Assembly: GCF_039654945.1 (NCBI RefSeq)
Contig: NW_027361868.1
Location: 13,888,001-13,952,000, forward strand
Source of the DNA: Dendrobates tinctorius
Lineage: Eukaryota
DNA: 64,000 nucleotides
Reading direction: 5' to 3'
Positions 35,016 through 48,539 of the stretch are shown one piece after another. The position numbers and the translations under genes are program-made. The stretch's first letter is position 1. Each line of letters begins with the position of its first letter. The notes under the pieces are model-generated. The model did no database searches. It was not told where the DNA came from and was given only the letters and a program-made list of their open reading frames with translations.

Positions 35016-36327
35016 TATCTACTTCGAAACACGTTGGAAAATGGTTGCTCCTTTTATCTAATCTGGATTCGATATTTGTTCAGCAACGCACTTAAGTCCA
35101 TGAATTTTTGTTCCATTATAAGTCCATGAATTTTTGTTCCATTATAAGTCCATGAATTTTTGCACTATGACCGCTCCCAGCCCCCTCATATTAAAAAATC
35201 CCTCCCATTCAGTCAATTTTTAAGACTGAGGAGAATTTAACAGTGACCATATTCACTATCTAGAACAAGTAACTGAACTAAAGAATAAATTAGTCAGAAG
35301 AGGGTACCCCCCAATCACTCTTAAGTGAAACAATGGAGAGAACAACTAGTTTCTCTCAAAAAAATCTACTCTGAGGTGGCAGCAGCAAAAAAAAAAAAAC
35401 TAGAACAGAGTGTAAAAGATTTGTTTTTAGTTTTAAGTATGGTCCGATGGACTATTGGATTAGATCAGTCATAAATAAAAAATGGCCTATCCTAAAAAAG
35501 GATGCAGAGATGGTCTCTCAAAAACCAATAGTAGCAAACAGAAGAGGTACCAACCTCAAGGATGTGTTAGTGCAGAACCGAGTAAAATCAGAGAACACAA
35601 ATTGGTTAGAGACACCTTTAAACCAAAAGGAAATCACAAATGTGGCCAGTGTTCTTTTTGCCATTAACATTTGACAAAATACTACAAATAGATCAAATCG
35701 CTCACCAAGTAGAGGATTTTATTTCTTGCAGGACTCGCAATGTAGTTTATATAATTTTTTTTTTTTTGTCTGTGTGGCTGGTTTTTTTACATAGGCAAAA
35801 CGATACGCCCGCTGTTTGTTCATTTCCACTAGCATTTCAGATCAATTGTCACAGGTAAGGGTTCCAGAAGACTGATCGATCACATGCAGGAATCTCACTC
35901 AGGCAATCCTGAATGATTAACCATTGAAGGTCTGGGAAGAGTGCAGTACAGGGTGGAGATTTCCATAGACTGCTCGTACAAAGAGAATCCAGGTAGGTTC
36001 TGCGCACAGACTCCTGCAGGTCTAAACGATAAGTTTGACATGACGCTTTTTCTATAAAGTTGGATTTAGTAATCATAACAAAATGCGTTGTTTCACTGTA
36101 ATTACAGTAATTGTTTTTAACTTATGTTGTTTGTTCATAGTTTAACATGTGTTAACAGGTGGAAGGTAATGACCTCATTTATTGGGCGTTCCCTTGTATA
36201 TAAATGTATCCCCCGTCACTGCCCTTGTACACTAAATTCGGTGAAGCGCAGTGTGTTCGAAACAGCCGTCGCTTCCTGAAGTCCCCCACTATCCTCCCAC
36301 TGAACCCTCTGTAACATGAGTGAGTAA

Positions 36328-36726
36328 GGGTAGTTTCACATTTGCGTTTAAGGCCGCAGTGACGGCCTGCGCACGGGCGCCGCTAAGCCCCGCCCCCTGC
36401 CGCGCCTCTTCTGGTAGCTCCGCCTACGGGTGCATGACGCTGCATGCGTCCTGCGTCCCCTATCTTTAGCACTGGTATGCGTTTGGCGGCGCATGCGTCC
36501 TTTTGACCTGTTGCAATTTGATGCGGTCGGCGCAACGTCAAAAGGACGCATGCGCCGCCAAAAGCATACCAGCGCACGGCCTGTGTCCCCAGTGCTAGCT
36601 AAAGATAGGGGACGCATGCAGCGTCATGCGCCCGTAGGCGGAGCTACCAGAGGAGGTGGGGCGGGGCTTAGCGGCGGCCGTGCGCAGGCCGTCGCTGCGG
36701 CCTTAAACGCAAATGTGAAACTACCC
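36328..36726. mobile_element. Harbinger-like fold-back MITE (almost wholly palindromic, ~400 bp)
   Basis: GGGTAGTTTCACATTTGCGTTTAAGGCCGCAG ... CTGCGGCCTTAAACGCAAATGTGAAACTACCC; TAA TSD. Confidence 0.92.
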
Positions 36727-37542
36727 TAAAAGACACTTTTATTTGGAGGGTGAGTGCAGCTTTTTTTCTATTTTTGGACATTACATGTTCATGTATGTGA
36801 TAAAGGGATACCCTCTGGGGCTGACGTTAACTGAGACAGGGTTAACTGTAGAAGGAGACCTGGGAGTTGGTAGTAGGGCCAGGAAGGGACAGGGCCAGTC
36901 AAGGCGTGGACGGCAGTGAGTGAAGTAGCGGGCCTAGGACAAGAAGCTGCTAGGGACAGCATGGGTTTAATACTTGGGGTAGTGGATTGCCAAAAATACC
37001 CTTCTGTGTGATTCTGTCTAAATGGCCTGGGGCAAGCTCGAGAAGTTGTATCTGGTACATGTGGGAAAGATGACAACCCATTGGGCCTTATCCTCTACAT
37101 CTGCTATTCACCAAGTAAATGTCTGGTTGTTTTTATGGACCTCGTGTCTCCTGGATTAATTGCTGCCCTGGTTCCAGAAGTGGGAGGCCTGGACTCAGAA
37201 GAAAAGAAAGTAAAAAAAAAAAAAAACATACTATACTGACCTTGTTCCTCACCTGTCCTGCTGCCACAGCTCTCAGTCCAGTCCTCCACTTGCTCCTTTC
37301 TGGTGTCCACCCTGGCTTCCAGCACGTCCTACACAATATTGACATTTTTGATGTGTGTCGCACCTCTTCTCGGATCTTCATTTGCTATGCTTTGGATCCT
37401 GGAGGGGTCTCAGACCATAATAAATGTATTTTTAATGACAATCAAGCACTTTTGATTTGCATCTATTAAATCCCAATTTTGTAAAAACTTTCTAACAATG
37501 CCACTATTTGATGTCAAGTTTGGGAAAATTAGAAATATACAA

Positions 37543-38016
37543 TGTAAGGTGGCTGTTGGACACATAGTGGATGGAAGATAAACCTGCAGCAATGCTTTAG
37601 TACATATAGGACTAAAAGAGGGTTAACTGACCATGACAGGTTGCTTATGAGCAGCTGGACAGCTGAAGAAGACAGTTGCTCACCATATCTCCACCCGTAG
37701 GTGTGATTCACTTTGTAAAATGAGGCCTGTTTGGCTCACACAAGTCTGTGTGTGTGTGTGTGTGTGTGTGTGTAGGTTGCAGACTTGGATTTAGTGCCTT
37801 TGCTAAAGGACTAAGAAGCCAGACTCTAAGCCAGGCACGCTAACCAGCACTATTGCATGAACTTTTTGCTTTATGTTGAACTTTGTGCCGGACAAGGGCA
37901 GTATCTGACTTTCCTGTGATGTGGTTTATGAGGACTGAAATAAACCAGCCAGACTTTTAAATCGAAACGGTTCCTATTATACCTCATATCGCTACCAAGT
38001 GAGTGGCATTGTTACA
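37543..38016 (+). mobile_element. Putative solo LTR containing a (TG)n microsatellite at ~37747-37773
   Basis: TGTAA...TTACA termini, ACAA/ACAT flanks, AATAAA near the 3' end. Confidence 0.5.
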
Positions 38017-39323
38017 ACATATATAGTTTTGCAGTTGGCTCTTTTGGCTGTATTTTTTGGGTATACATACTGTCATGTCTCACGACTTGGGAAATCATAC
38101 AGTATTGTATGTATTACTCTGCTATGGAATCAGGTGGCGTTTTAGAAGTTTGTCCTTTCTCTCCCTTCTGTAAGTAGCTCCTCTTCTTCCTCCTCAGCTA
38201 GTGTTTGTCATCCATCTTGCTGGTTCAGCTTTGTATACCTCTGGTTCAGAATTGCCTTTTTACCTACCGTAGTTGTTACAGCTGTTGCAGTTGTATTATG
38301 CACATTAGTAACAGCAGTAACTACAAGAATTCAGACTGAGAATAAACTTCTTCTGGAATCTTCATGCATGCCTCTGCAGTCGAGTTGAAGCTATCTGATG
38401 AAGATTCTTTGTGTGAGTACTAGTTCAATACAGACATCCATAAAAACGCGTTCTCAAGAGCCCCACACTCAGCCTAGTTATGGAGTGAGAATACACACAC
38501 AATCGGGTTGTTTGATGATACGGTCTAGAGGAAATCAGTGGAGATGCACGTGGCTCTCCCTATAAAGTTAATGACTCTGATATCTATAGGCCGCTGATAT
38601 GATTCAGTGGATGGAGCTGTTCACATGCATTCTGACCTCTCCAATATGTGGCTGTTATGAGAGGTCAAGTGGTTTGGATTACACAGAAGGAATTGAGGCA
38701 TCTACCAGTCTTAAGCCCTCCCCAGGGATCAAGGAAAGTTGAGTGCATTCTTTATCCCCTCTTTACGACACCGGGTGTTTGTTCCACCCCTTTTATATCG
38801 AGGTAAGTAGACAGGAATTCAAGTTCTTTGTGAGCTACATCACTAGCACCAACAACAGAATGGAGGCATTCATGATGATTGTCAAGGGGTAATAAATGTT
38901 GCCCATATGGCATGTGGATAATTGACGAAGAGGATTAATATTTTTTTTTTGTGTCCATCCTTACCTTTCCAAAAATTTCGCAAACAACTCCAATTTTTCG
39001 AGTAACAACCTTTTTATCTCCAAAGATGAACATTTATATAAAGCCTCCAGCATTAGACTGGAGTGCCAAGACCAGTAACACTGATACTAGGGGCCATTGC
39101 TCAACTACATGCAATAACCAACTGAATGTTGAGATGCTGGCTTTGTCTGTAAGTACTGCATTAAGTATACTGTGCTAAGCACTACTCATGTGGGTGCCCA
39201 CTTATTTACAGGGGCCCACCGGAGGATTCAACTGTTCCCCCATGGGCCAGTCCAAGCCTCAATACCACTCATCTTGGGATATGTTGAGTCTAGAGGAAAA
39301 GTATTTATTGTATATTTGGTTAA

Positions 39324-39754
39324 AGCACCACTCCAGCGGGTTTTTTTATTGCACCGCTGGAGTGGTGCTTTCAATGTAATTCCACTGCCCCCTGTTGTAT
39401 ACTCACCTGCCGGCAAGGCCTTTGAATTCCAATTTTGCTCCTGTTGGTCTCCGGCGAAAAGGAACCTGTCGGCAGCTCCAGTGTTTCCTAGAGCTGCGCG
39501 AAGGTCCCTTTTCAATACAAGTGTATTAGCGCTTCGTTCTGACCTTGGTCTGGCTCTCATAGACTCGTATTGAGAGCTTGTGAGTGACGGAACCTCTGAC
39601 TTCCGACCAATCAGAAGATGGCGACACGGGACCGGAGCACCACTGAAAAAGAGTAAAGACGCCGGAGGGGGGGGGAGTGTATGACCAAAGGCATGGGGGC
39701 TTACATTTAAAGCGCCACTCCAGCACTGAACCCCTCTCCTGCTGGAGTGGTGCT
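39324..39754. mobile_element. T2/Kolobok-type MITE
   Basis: TTAA TSD; TIRs AGCACCACTCCAGC ... GCTGGAGTGGTGCT; each end has an internal palindromic copy of the TIR. Confidence 0.88.
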
Positions 39755-40904
39755 TTAAGTGTATTTCCCAAAATACTCTTCTCCAGCATGAAAGTGTAAG
39801 TGAATCTATGCTTTACTGGAAATTAATCAAAATTTCCACGTTTGCGTCTATCCTTATATTGCTGCACTATATCTAAAATAACATATAACAAAGTTTTAAT
39901 TCTTGAACACAAATTTCTTACCGATTGGTGTATGCAGCACTTCTGCAGACCTATGTGTCCTTCCAGACAATTCCTGCTGCCTACCAAAGGTGTGATGAAA
40001 AGGAAGGAAGAGCGTATGACAGCAGGCTGATGTTATATAGTTTGAATTCTGTAACCTCGGAGACACATATGTCTGCAGATGAGCGGCACATCTGAAATGG
40101 AAGGACATTTTTATAATTTTTTATTGTTTTATTCTGCATACAATTGGATGATTTGGGTTATTCATTAAATATTAAATGAGAGAATCTCTTCGCATATTAT
40201 GGGAGGATTCTTCTTGCGTCGAGCCACGTTTTCAGTTTTAACGGGTCAGTTCACAGAATGACATAATTGTACACATAGGCGATCCACACAAGTCGTGTGT
40301 GGTACAGAAGATATTACTCACCGAAACGCCCGGATTTCCATTGGGAGCAGCATTGCTGAGAAAACCCCAGCAATGGGCCCCGAGTTATCTAGAAGGATTC
40401 ATTGATTTGATGTCTTTGATTTGTTCAACTGGAAAATTCACAGGTGGATATTTTGAGAAAAATGACGACAGAGCGCATGGTTCCCCCATCCACGAAAGCT
40501 AAATTGGTGTTCACTGGGCAGAGAGACGGAATGTCACTTAAGGACAGTGACAACACAGGAGACTCTGCCCAGTCTTCCCCCGTCAGCCAGCTATCCACGT
40601 AACGTAGATGTTAATTGAACGCGACTGTTTTCAAGAACACAAACATCTCAGAACCGGGGGATCTGCTGATAGGAAATACTCATTGGCGTTGCATTATTAG
40701 CGGTCTGGAACAAGGAAAATTCAGACCTGCATTTAACTCCTTAACGACAAAGCCAATTTTGCCCTTCCAGTCCCCAGAACCTTTTTTCATTGTTTTACAA
40801 ATAATTTTTTTTTTTTTTTTTTAAATATCGTATTAAATAAGGGTTCTTTGTTCTGAGAGTCACTACACATAAAGCATTGGAGTTTAATATGATGATGTGT
40901 TTTA

Positions 40905-41240
40905 AAGGGTTTCTCCAGGACTTTTACGTTGATGGCCTATCCGATCAGCTGCTCCCGCTGTTGACGCCGTCCTGAACCGCCTAGCTGGGGATCCGCGGCT
41001 GGGAACTGCACATCCGCCCCCTATTGATTTGAATAGATGGTGGATGTGCATTACCCAGCTCTGGCCATTATATAGATGATGGATTTGTGCTGTGCAACTT
41101 TATAACTGAGCAGTTCAGACTGCCGCCAACACTGGAACAGGTGATTGGTGGGGGGTGCCAAGGGTTGCACCCCTACCGATCAGGCATGAGTAACCCATCC
41201 TAGGATAGATCATTAATGTTAAAGTCCCAGACAACACCTT
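40905..41240. mobile_element. Older T2/Kolobok-type MITE
   Basis: TTAA-AGGGTTTCTCCAGGACTTT ... AAAGTCCCAGACAACACCT-TTA. Confidence 0.6.
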
Positions 41241-42789
41241 TATGTTACAAAAGTGGTCTTTTTCAATTTAAGTGGGTAGATTTCGGATGGGTGACATAGC
41301 AGTTAGAAGAATAAACCTTGATGGCATGAAAGTGGGCTGGTGGGAATTGGTTGGGAATACAGCACAGGACATGGATGTGAGTTTCTAAACTGGCGGTATT
41401 TTGGCAGTCTTATGTTATGCTCATGCAAAGCTTTTTGGAGTGGATCTGCTCTAAAATCACCCTCAAAAATGCCTAGAAAACGCTTCCAATTCATTTATTT
41501 GGGAAATATATTTTGATTAGTGTTTTTTTTTCTTACTGAAGAGGCTTTAAAAAATGCCTAGTGCAAAAAAAAAAACCTGCAGGTCACTTCTTCATAGGGA
41601 ACCTGAAGGAATCTGCTTCTGTACGAAACCAGGCACTGTCCAAAAGGCTGCAAAAAAAAAAAGCTTCAGAAGAAAACCTTCCAAACCAACTCAAAAACAT
41701 TTCAAGAAACTCTTCAAGACAAGGAAAACTCCTCCAAAAACATCTTAACAAAGAAGCCTTTCCTAAAATGGTTTCCATTTGAAATGTGAACTTGACTCCC
41801 TTGCTCATCAAAAATGGGACCAGAGCTTCAAGCAAAACTTTGTGTTGTAAGCAAGAATCTAGAGTAAATAAAGTGAGAGATTCTCCCTACATGCTGATGG
41901 AGAGGCCCAGTGGGTGGATGATGAGTCGCTCGGCATCGTAGAGAGAGAGGTCTCAGAAACCTATGCCAGGATTAGTTTGGTGATCTGGAGTGTAGAATCT
42001 TGAAGAATATAATGACATTAAATAGGAAATCATCTACACTACCTCATTAAACTATGTGCCTCATGAAAGCGTAACCATCAAGTTTGATTGCCTCTTTGGA
42101 GAAAAATAAAATCAGTTCACGGACTATCTCCGTGAGCTTAATCGGGGCAAACCGCAACATGTCTTTGTCATGAAATATTCTAGTAACTGCCCAGTACATA
42201 AACGACCTCAATACTTCTGTGTACTGTGTCTTTTCTACCACAGGTTTCCTTAGCTTCTGCACTACATCTGCACCCCAGTCTGGTGCGGTCCATAGGGAAT
42301 AGATTAACTAAAAATCTGTAAAAGAGCCCCAACCTTCCATGTGCTAGCCCCTGGGGTTGGAGATTTTCACCCCTCTGTGACAAAGGCTCATGCGTAACTG
42401 TTTTTTCTTTGCATCCCCTAATAATTATGGCTCTTTACAGCCCCAGATCTACAACACATTCCAAACTATAAAAATTCTTGAATTAAAAGAATTTTTACTG
42501 TACCTGGAAAGCGAATGTTCAAAATGAAGAACAATTACATCAGAGTGAATAGTTTATGTAGAAACCAGTCCCGGAGAGAAGGAAATGCAGTAATTGTATT
42601 AAGTGTAAAGAACATTCAGTCGTATTTGCTGAGAGCCAATTACAGATTAATAAAACTGCAGCAGATCGCGTTGTGTGCAGCCGCTCATTGGAGGCATCTG
42701 TTCTGCAACTAGATATTGAATTGAACCAGAAGGTAATTGGAAAGAGTCACTGTAAACAATGTTTCTGTTTGTTTCCACTCTGACCCCTA

Positions 42790-45650
42790 TAATCCTTCAC
42801 TTTTTGGTTTTCTCCTGTCTGATAACTGCTCCTTCACCCCATTCCCACTGCTACCCTCTGTTACCCTCCCTTCCTTTGAGGTGCACTCTGTCTACTCCCC
42901 CCTCCAACCAGCTGTCATATACCGCCCTCCAGGGCCAGCCACCACCTTCTTTGACCACTTCACCACCTGGCTACTTCATTTCCTTTCCACTGATATCCCC
43001 ACTATCATCTTGGGCGACTTCAACATCCCCATTGACACTTCCCTCTCAGCTGCCACTAAACTTCTATCTCTCACTTCCTCCTTCGGCCTCACTCAATGGT
43101 CTTCTGCAGCAACTCACAAAGATGGCCACACACTAGACCTCATCTTCACCCGCCTCTGCTCCCTATCTAGCTTCTCTAACTCACCTCTTCCTCTCTCTGA
43201 TCACAACCTACTTACATTCTCTTCCCTCTCCTCCTCAGGTCCACAATCCCCACCTCAGAAACTTGCAAACCCTCGCTGAAATCTTCAACACCTCGATCTA
43301 CACTCATTGTCTGAATCCCTCCTCCCTCTTACAGACATAAGTTCCCTACACAATGTGGATGCCGCTCTATATAACACCACAATAGCTGTAGCTTTGGAAT
43401 CAGTTGCCCCTCTCAAACATACCAAAGCTCGCAAAATCAACAGACAGCCCTGGCACACCAGTCTGACCAAAGAACTGAGGAGGGCTTCCAGGGCTGCTGA
43501 GCGGAGATGGAAAAGATCCCACTCCAATGAGGACTCCATCACTTTCAAACAGTCCTTCACTACTTTCAAGGACACAGTCGCTGCAGCAAAACAAACCTAC
43601 TTCTCATCTTTCATATCCTCCCTGCCTCACAACCCTAAACAGTTAAGGTACTGTCACACTTAGCAATGTACCAGCGATCCCGACCAGCGTTATGAAGCGG
43701 TCAGGATCGCTGGTACATCGCTAAGTGGTTGCTAGTGAGCTGCCACACAGGCAGATCTCACCAGCGACATCGCTGGGGATGGGGGTCGCTACTTACCTGT
43801 CACACTAGGCGATCCTGACGTCCTCCCGCCCGGCTCCACGCTCGTCTCTCCACAGGAAGCGCCGCAGGAAGCTGACGACGAGAAACAGTCCAGGACGTTC
43901 TCGCGCGATCAGCGATAACCAGCGGGGGGAGCGGTCGGAGGTAAGTATCACACACAGCGATATCGCTAGCAATATCGCTATAACGTCACAAGTTATAGCG
44001 ATATTGCTAGCGATATCGCTTAGTGTGACAGTACCCTTATTCAACTCCATCAATTCTCTCCTCCTCCCAGCACCTCCTCTGTCCCCACTCATCTCAGCTG
44101 AAGACTTTGCCTCATTTTTCAAGGAGAAGATTGATAACATCAGAGACAGTTTTGGTCAACAACCCCCAGTGCCCTTTCTCCTAACTGCCCTGCTCTCCTC
44201 CAAAACCAACTTCTCCACCATTACAGAAGATCGACTCTCCACTCTACTCTCAAGATCACATCTCACTACCTGTGCACTTGACCCAATCCCATCCCACTTC
44301 ATCCCAAACCTCACTACAGTCTTCATCCCAACCCTAACCCACCTCTTCAACCTATCACTAACAACTGGTGTTTTCCCATCTCTTGGTATCACAGACTTGG
44401 CCCTATCTTGGATTGCGTCATACCTAACAGACCGGACATTCAGCGTCTCCCACTCGCACACCACCTCCTCACTGCACCCCCTATCCATCAGAGTCCCGCA
44501 AGGTTCAGTTCTAGGGCCCCTGCTCTTCTCCATTTACACCTGCCTTGGACAGCTCATAGAATCTCATAGAACCTCATGGATTTCAGTATCACCTCTATGC
44601 TGATGAGACACAGATCTACATCTCTGGACCAGATATCACCTCCCTACTAAACAGAATCCCTCAATGTCTGTCTGCTATTTCATCCTTCTTCTCCGCTAAA
44701 TTTCTAAAACTTAATATGGACAAAACAGAATTAATCATCTTTCCCCCATCTCACGTGACCCCCCCCCCTCAACGGACTTATCCATTAAAGTAAATGGCTG
44801 CCCACTCTCTCCAATAACACAAGCTCGGGGTTATCCTTGACACTGATCTCTCTTTCAAACCACATATCCAAGCCCTTTCCACTTCCTGCCGACTTCAACT
44901 CAAAAATATTTCACGGATCAATACATTCCTCAACCAAGAATCTGCAAAAACTCTAGTCCATGCCCTCATCATCTCCTGCCTTGACTACTGCAACCTTTTG
45001 CTCTGTGACCTCCCCTCTAACACTCTCGCACCCCTCAAATCTATTCTAAACTCTGCTGCACGACTAATCCACCTGTCCCCCCTCTATTCCCCGGCCTCTC
45101 CCCTCTGTCAATCCCTGCACTGGCTCCCCATTACCCAAAGACTCCAGTTCAAAACCCTAACCATGACATACAAAGCCATCCACAACCTGAGTCCTCCATA
45201 CATCTGTGACCTCGTCTCCCGGTACTTACCTACACGAAACCTCTGATCCTCACAAGATCTCCTCCTGTACTCCCCTCTTATCTCCTCTTCCCACAATCGC
45301 ATACAAGATTTCTCCCGCGAATCCCCCCTACTCTGGAACTCTCTACCACAACATATCAAACTCTCGCCTACCATGGAAACCTTCAAAAAGAACCTGAAGA
45401 CCTACCTCTTCCGACAAGCCTACAACCTGCAGTAACCACCGATCCACCAAACTGCTGCACGACCAGCTCTACCCTCGCCTACTGTATCCTCCCCCCATCC
45501 CTTGTAGATTGTGAGCCCTTGCGCGCAGGGTCCTCTCTCCTCCTGTAACAGTCGTGACTTGTATTGTTTAAGATTACTGTATTTGTATGTATTATGTATA
45601 CTCCTCACATGTAAAGCGCCATGGAATAAATGGTGCTATAATAATAATAA
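42790..45650 (+). mobile_element. 5'-truncated L2-clade LINE (APE endonuclease and RT remnants, internal RT deletion near 44380)
   Basis: VIYRPP, IILGDFNI, THKDGHTLDLIF and LSDH (APE); [15 protein letters not shown] and YADE (RT); LHWLPI..R; 3' tail TGTAAAGCGCCATGGAATAAATGGTGCTAT(AAT)n. Confidence 0.92.
43646..44036. mobile_element. Harbinger-like MITE inserted in L2 ORF2
   Basis: TIRs (A/G)GGTACTGTCACACT; TTA TSD; the L2 reading NPKQL|FNSINSLL resumes across it. Confidence 0.92.
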
Positions 45651-47150
45651 TTTCTTGTGAGAAACGTTGTCCTCAATTTTTTATCTACGGACAAAATGAT
45701 GAAATATTTCAAACAAAGCAAAATGATTACGTTATGACCGTCTGTAAGCAAGGGTGAATATACTATCGAGGCTAATCATACAGCTGCTATATGGTCTTTA
45801 GAAAAGGGCGCTGGTTGTTCCCAACCACTTCACTGCTGGCTGGTGGTGAGAACAGGCACAGGACTCTCTTCATTAGAGTAACTGTACTAATGGCAACAAA
45901 AGGAGGGATAATTGGCCAAGGAAGCAAACACCATGCCTTCTGTACTGAATGCTAAAATATTGAGCCTTATAGGGGATCAACTTGATATTTGCACTTTGCC
46001 CCCTTTCTTTTATACATACCACTGGTTGTAATTTTTACTTTAAGGGATTTTCCATATCTAGGCTACATTTCAATCCCATTTTAATACCCTGCCCCAATAC
46101 TTTTCTATGTTCTCATCCTCACACTTTCAAGCTCAATGCATCTGCAACACGTGGCCCTTTTGACCCAACCAGTTGCCAACCGTTCAACCTACAATTTCCA
46201 GTTTTCTTAGTGCTGGCTTCTCAACCAGAGCTCAGTTTGCTAGATCAAGAAACCTACTAGATTATGGGGCTGGCCATTCTTCCTTTCGTTGTACCATCAC
46301 TCCAAATACTGAGGAAGCCCTGCTTCCTGTGGTGAAAGACTTGATATGGATGCACCAGAAAGCTGAAAATCTTGTTTGGCGACTGCAGAGGAAGCAACAC
46401 CTTCTCTCCATCAATTATCAAAATGCTGCATATGATATCCTGGTCATTGACCTAATCGGAAGTGAGAGCCAAGAACTGAGTACAGGATGAAGTAGAGAAA
46501 ACAGAGAGAGAAATTTGACTAGTGTGAAGAGTGGAAAATAGGGACACAGTGTTTCAATTAGAAGAACTTTAGTTTCTACAATTTGCAGTCAGCCTTTGAA
46601 TTGAGGCCTATTTCTCATATCCAAGAAACATGGACTGTGCTTAGGTCAGAAAACTTGGCCTGACTTCCAGGATTTTTTTACCTGAAATATCCTGCAAAAA
46701 TGAGGCACTTAGCTCAGAGAAGTAGATCCATTGTTTGGGCCAGGACTTCCAATTCAAGCACAATCTGTGTTTTCTTACTGGTCATCTGATGCAAAGTTGT
46801 GCATTTTTACCTCTATTCTGTTGCCCATAGCCATATTCAGGTCTAAAACCCAACCCCATAGAAAACTATTCCCACACAGTTTTCCTCTGGTCTTTCTGTA
46901 CAACACTAGCCAGATATATAGCAAAAGGCTTGATAGATTTCCTAGAATACCCATTTAAAAAGGACCTGCCACCAGGTCAAAACATGGAAGGGAGTTTTTT
47001 TTGTTGCTCTTTTTCATTCCTGCTGTTCCCTTGAGTAATCAGCTTTTTGCTTATTTTGTTAGTTATTTTTGTTTTAAATCCTCCATTTGGTTCCAGAAAT
47101 CTGGGTCTTTTTATATCGTATTTAATTTTTATGGTCTACAAGGGCAATAA

Positions 47151-48299
47151 TGCAGTGCAGCCTAAAGACGCGCCCCAGAGGATCCTGTAGTAATCACAGG
47201 TACGCGGGATGCAGTGACGAGATGGGAGCCGGAATGAACTGAGAACGTAACTTTTATATAGAGATGTAGATATATAATATATAGCTATGGGAGCTATCTT
47301 GAGTAACCAACAAGCTGACAACAGTTATCCTCGCAGGGATTAGCACAACAATACACAGGTAACACGATTATGATTACCTGGTCTGAACCGGTAAATAGGA
47401 GGCCGCGGTGTGGCCGACTATAGGTCAAGAAACTACGATTTATCAACTACAACGTGTCACTTATCCTCCTCTGACGTCCAGCAGAGTGGTGATCGATGTC
47501 TGTTCGGCGTCTCAGCCGCTGGGCCCAGCTGATGAGGAGCTGACGTATATTTCTGGCATTCCTACGCCCAGGTGGGGTGAGGGCCCAACAGGCCCCTGAA
47601 GAGTTGCCCTGCGTTTCCTCTCGGCGGAGGCGGAATGGCGGTAGCCGGGGTCAGGAGCGTGGAGGCTGGAGCTGGATGGTGGTGGCTGCAGGTGGCAGCT
47701 GAAAGGCTGCAGCCGCAGGCTGGGGCCGGGGAGTGGCGGCTGCGGGCGGCAATGGGCAGGTCGCAACCGCGGGCTGAAGCTGGGCAGTGGCGACAGCGGG
47801 CAGGCCACAACAGCGGGCTGAAGTGACGGGAGTCGGTTGCTCGGTGCTCCTCGGTGGGGCTGCTCGATGCTGTCCCCTCTCTGACCGGGGTAAGTCTTGC
47901 CCCAGTCTTTCTGGTCGTCGCTCACTTCCTCTGGCTCCACCTGGGGTTCCTGCTCCTTCTTCCCCGCTCTGTCGAGTGCCCTCTGCTGGCGGTCTCAGCT
48001 CCTTTTATACTAGCTCCGCCCCCACTCCTTCTGCAACTGTCTGTCGTCCGTCCTCTAATCAAGTCCCCCGGAAACAGTCCCCCTAGGAACCTTAGTGACA
48101 GTCCCCTTGGTTCCGGTCCGGTTACACAGTGGGGGCTCTCTCTCCTACAATCCTATGAACCATGCCTGATTGTAAAAACCAAAGATTTGGCTCTAAATAA
48201 AAAGGCTCAGATCTCTGAACCCATACAAAAAAATAAGCAGAATACTCAGGGGAGAAGCAGGAATAAAAGTACAAACAGGGCACACTCCACCTGGTGACA
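47151..48299 (-). mobile_element. Putative long solo LTR (GC-rich)
   Basis: TG...TGACA termini; minus-strand GC box and TATA (GGGGCGGAGCTAGTATAAAAGG, 48001-48022); interrupts a T2-like MITE; no clear TSD. Confidence 0.45.
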
Positions 48300-48539
48300 G
48301 CTTCTCTTTATGTCTCTCAGGATGCCATGGAGCAAAGCATGATTTTTATTGAAATTATAGCAATATGGTAACTGTAATGCTGCCATAAAGTAAGGAAAGC
48401 TGCAAATAATCTGGTAAATACTTACAAATCGTCCTTTCAGCTATATAGTCATTCTAGAGAATACTGATCTCAAGTTACCCCCATTGTTACTGACCTTTGT
48501 GCACAGGATGTAATATTTAGGGAAGGTTTTTCAATACAG

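Larger units (their letters stand above)
31640..35160. mobile_element. Fold-back (inverted pLTR) Penelope-type insert, itself interrupted by a Tc2-like MITE
   Basis: Left arm ~31844-31966 is the reverse complement of 31980-31994 joined to 35018-35123. The minus strand has a hammerhead core and a GGTGAGTG...ACCCTATTGCGC tail resembling pLTR ends. Confidence 0.7.
31335..36770 (+). mobile_element. Decayed Penelope-like retroelement (RT and GIY-YIG endonuclease remnants plus 3' pLTR) hosting several nested inserts
   Basis: After removing the CR1 insert the sequence reads RYVDDIFIVWASTQDQLHEFASCLN. Further remnants: FLDV; LHYD; KKSLPFSQFLRLRRI; HKCGQCSFCH; FISCRTRNVVYII...YIGKTIRPL. The pLTR has a degenerate hammerhead at 36238-36270. 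Confidence 0.85.

Noticed and set aside
32747-35129. Repetitive ORFs (HNWGHSLC/GATHCA) as a Cys/His-rich protein
   Set aside because: They are translations of the 26-bp minisatellite cycling through three frames.
41880-42400. Possible coding remnant (ORF 42047..42262)
   Set aside because: I could not assign it to any protein or TE family, and it has no convincing splice sites.
45960-46960. Possible decayed retroelement or exon
   Set aside because: No identifiable motifs or termini; left unannotated.
47512-48297. ORFs of 99-147 aa and a possible host CpG-island promoter
   Set aside because: They lie in a GC-rich LTR-like insert; no recognisable domains or splice structure.
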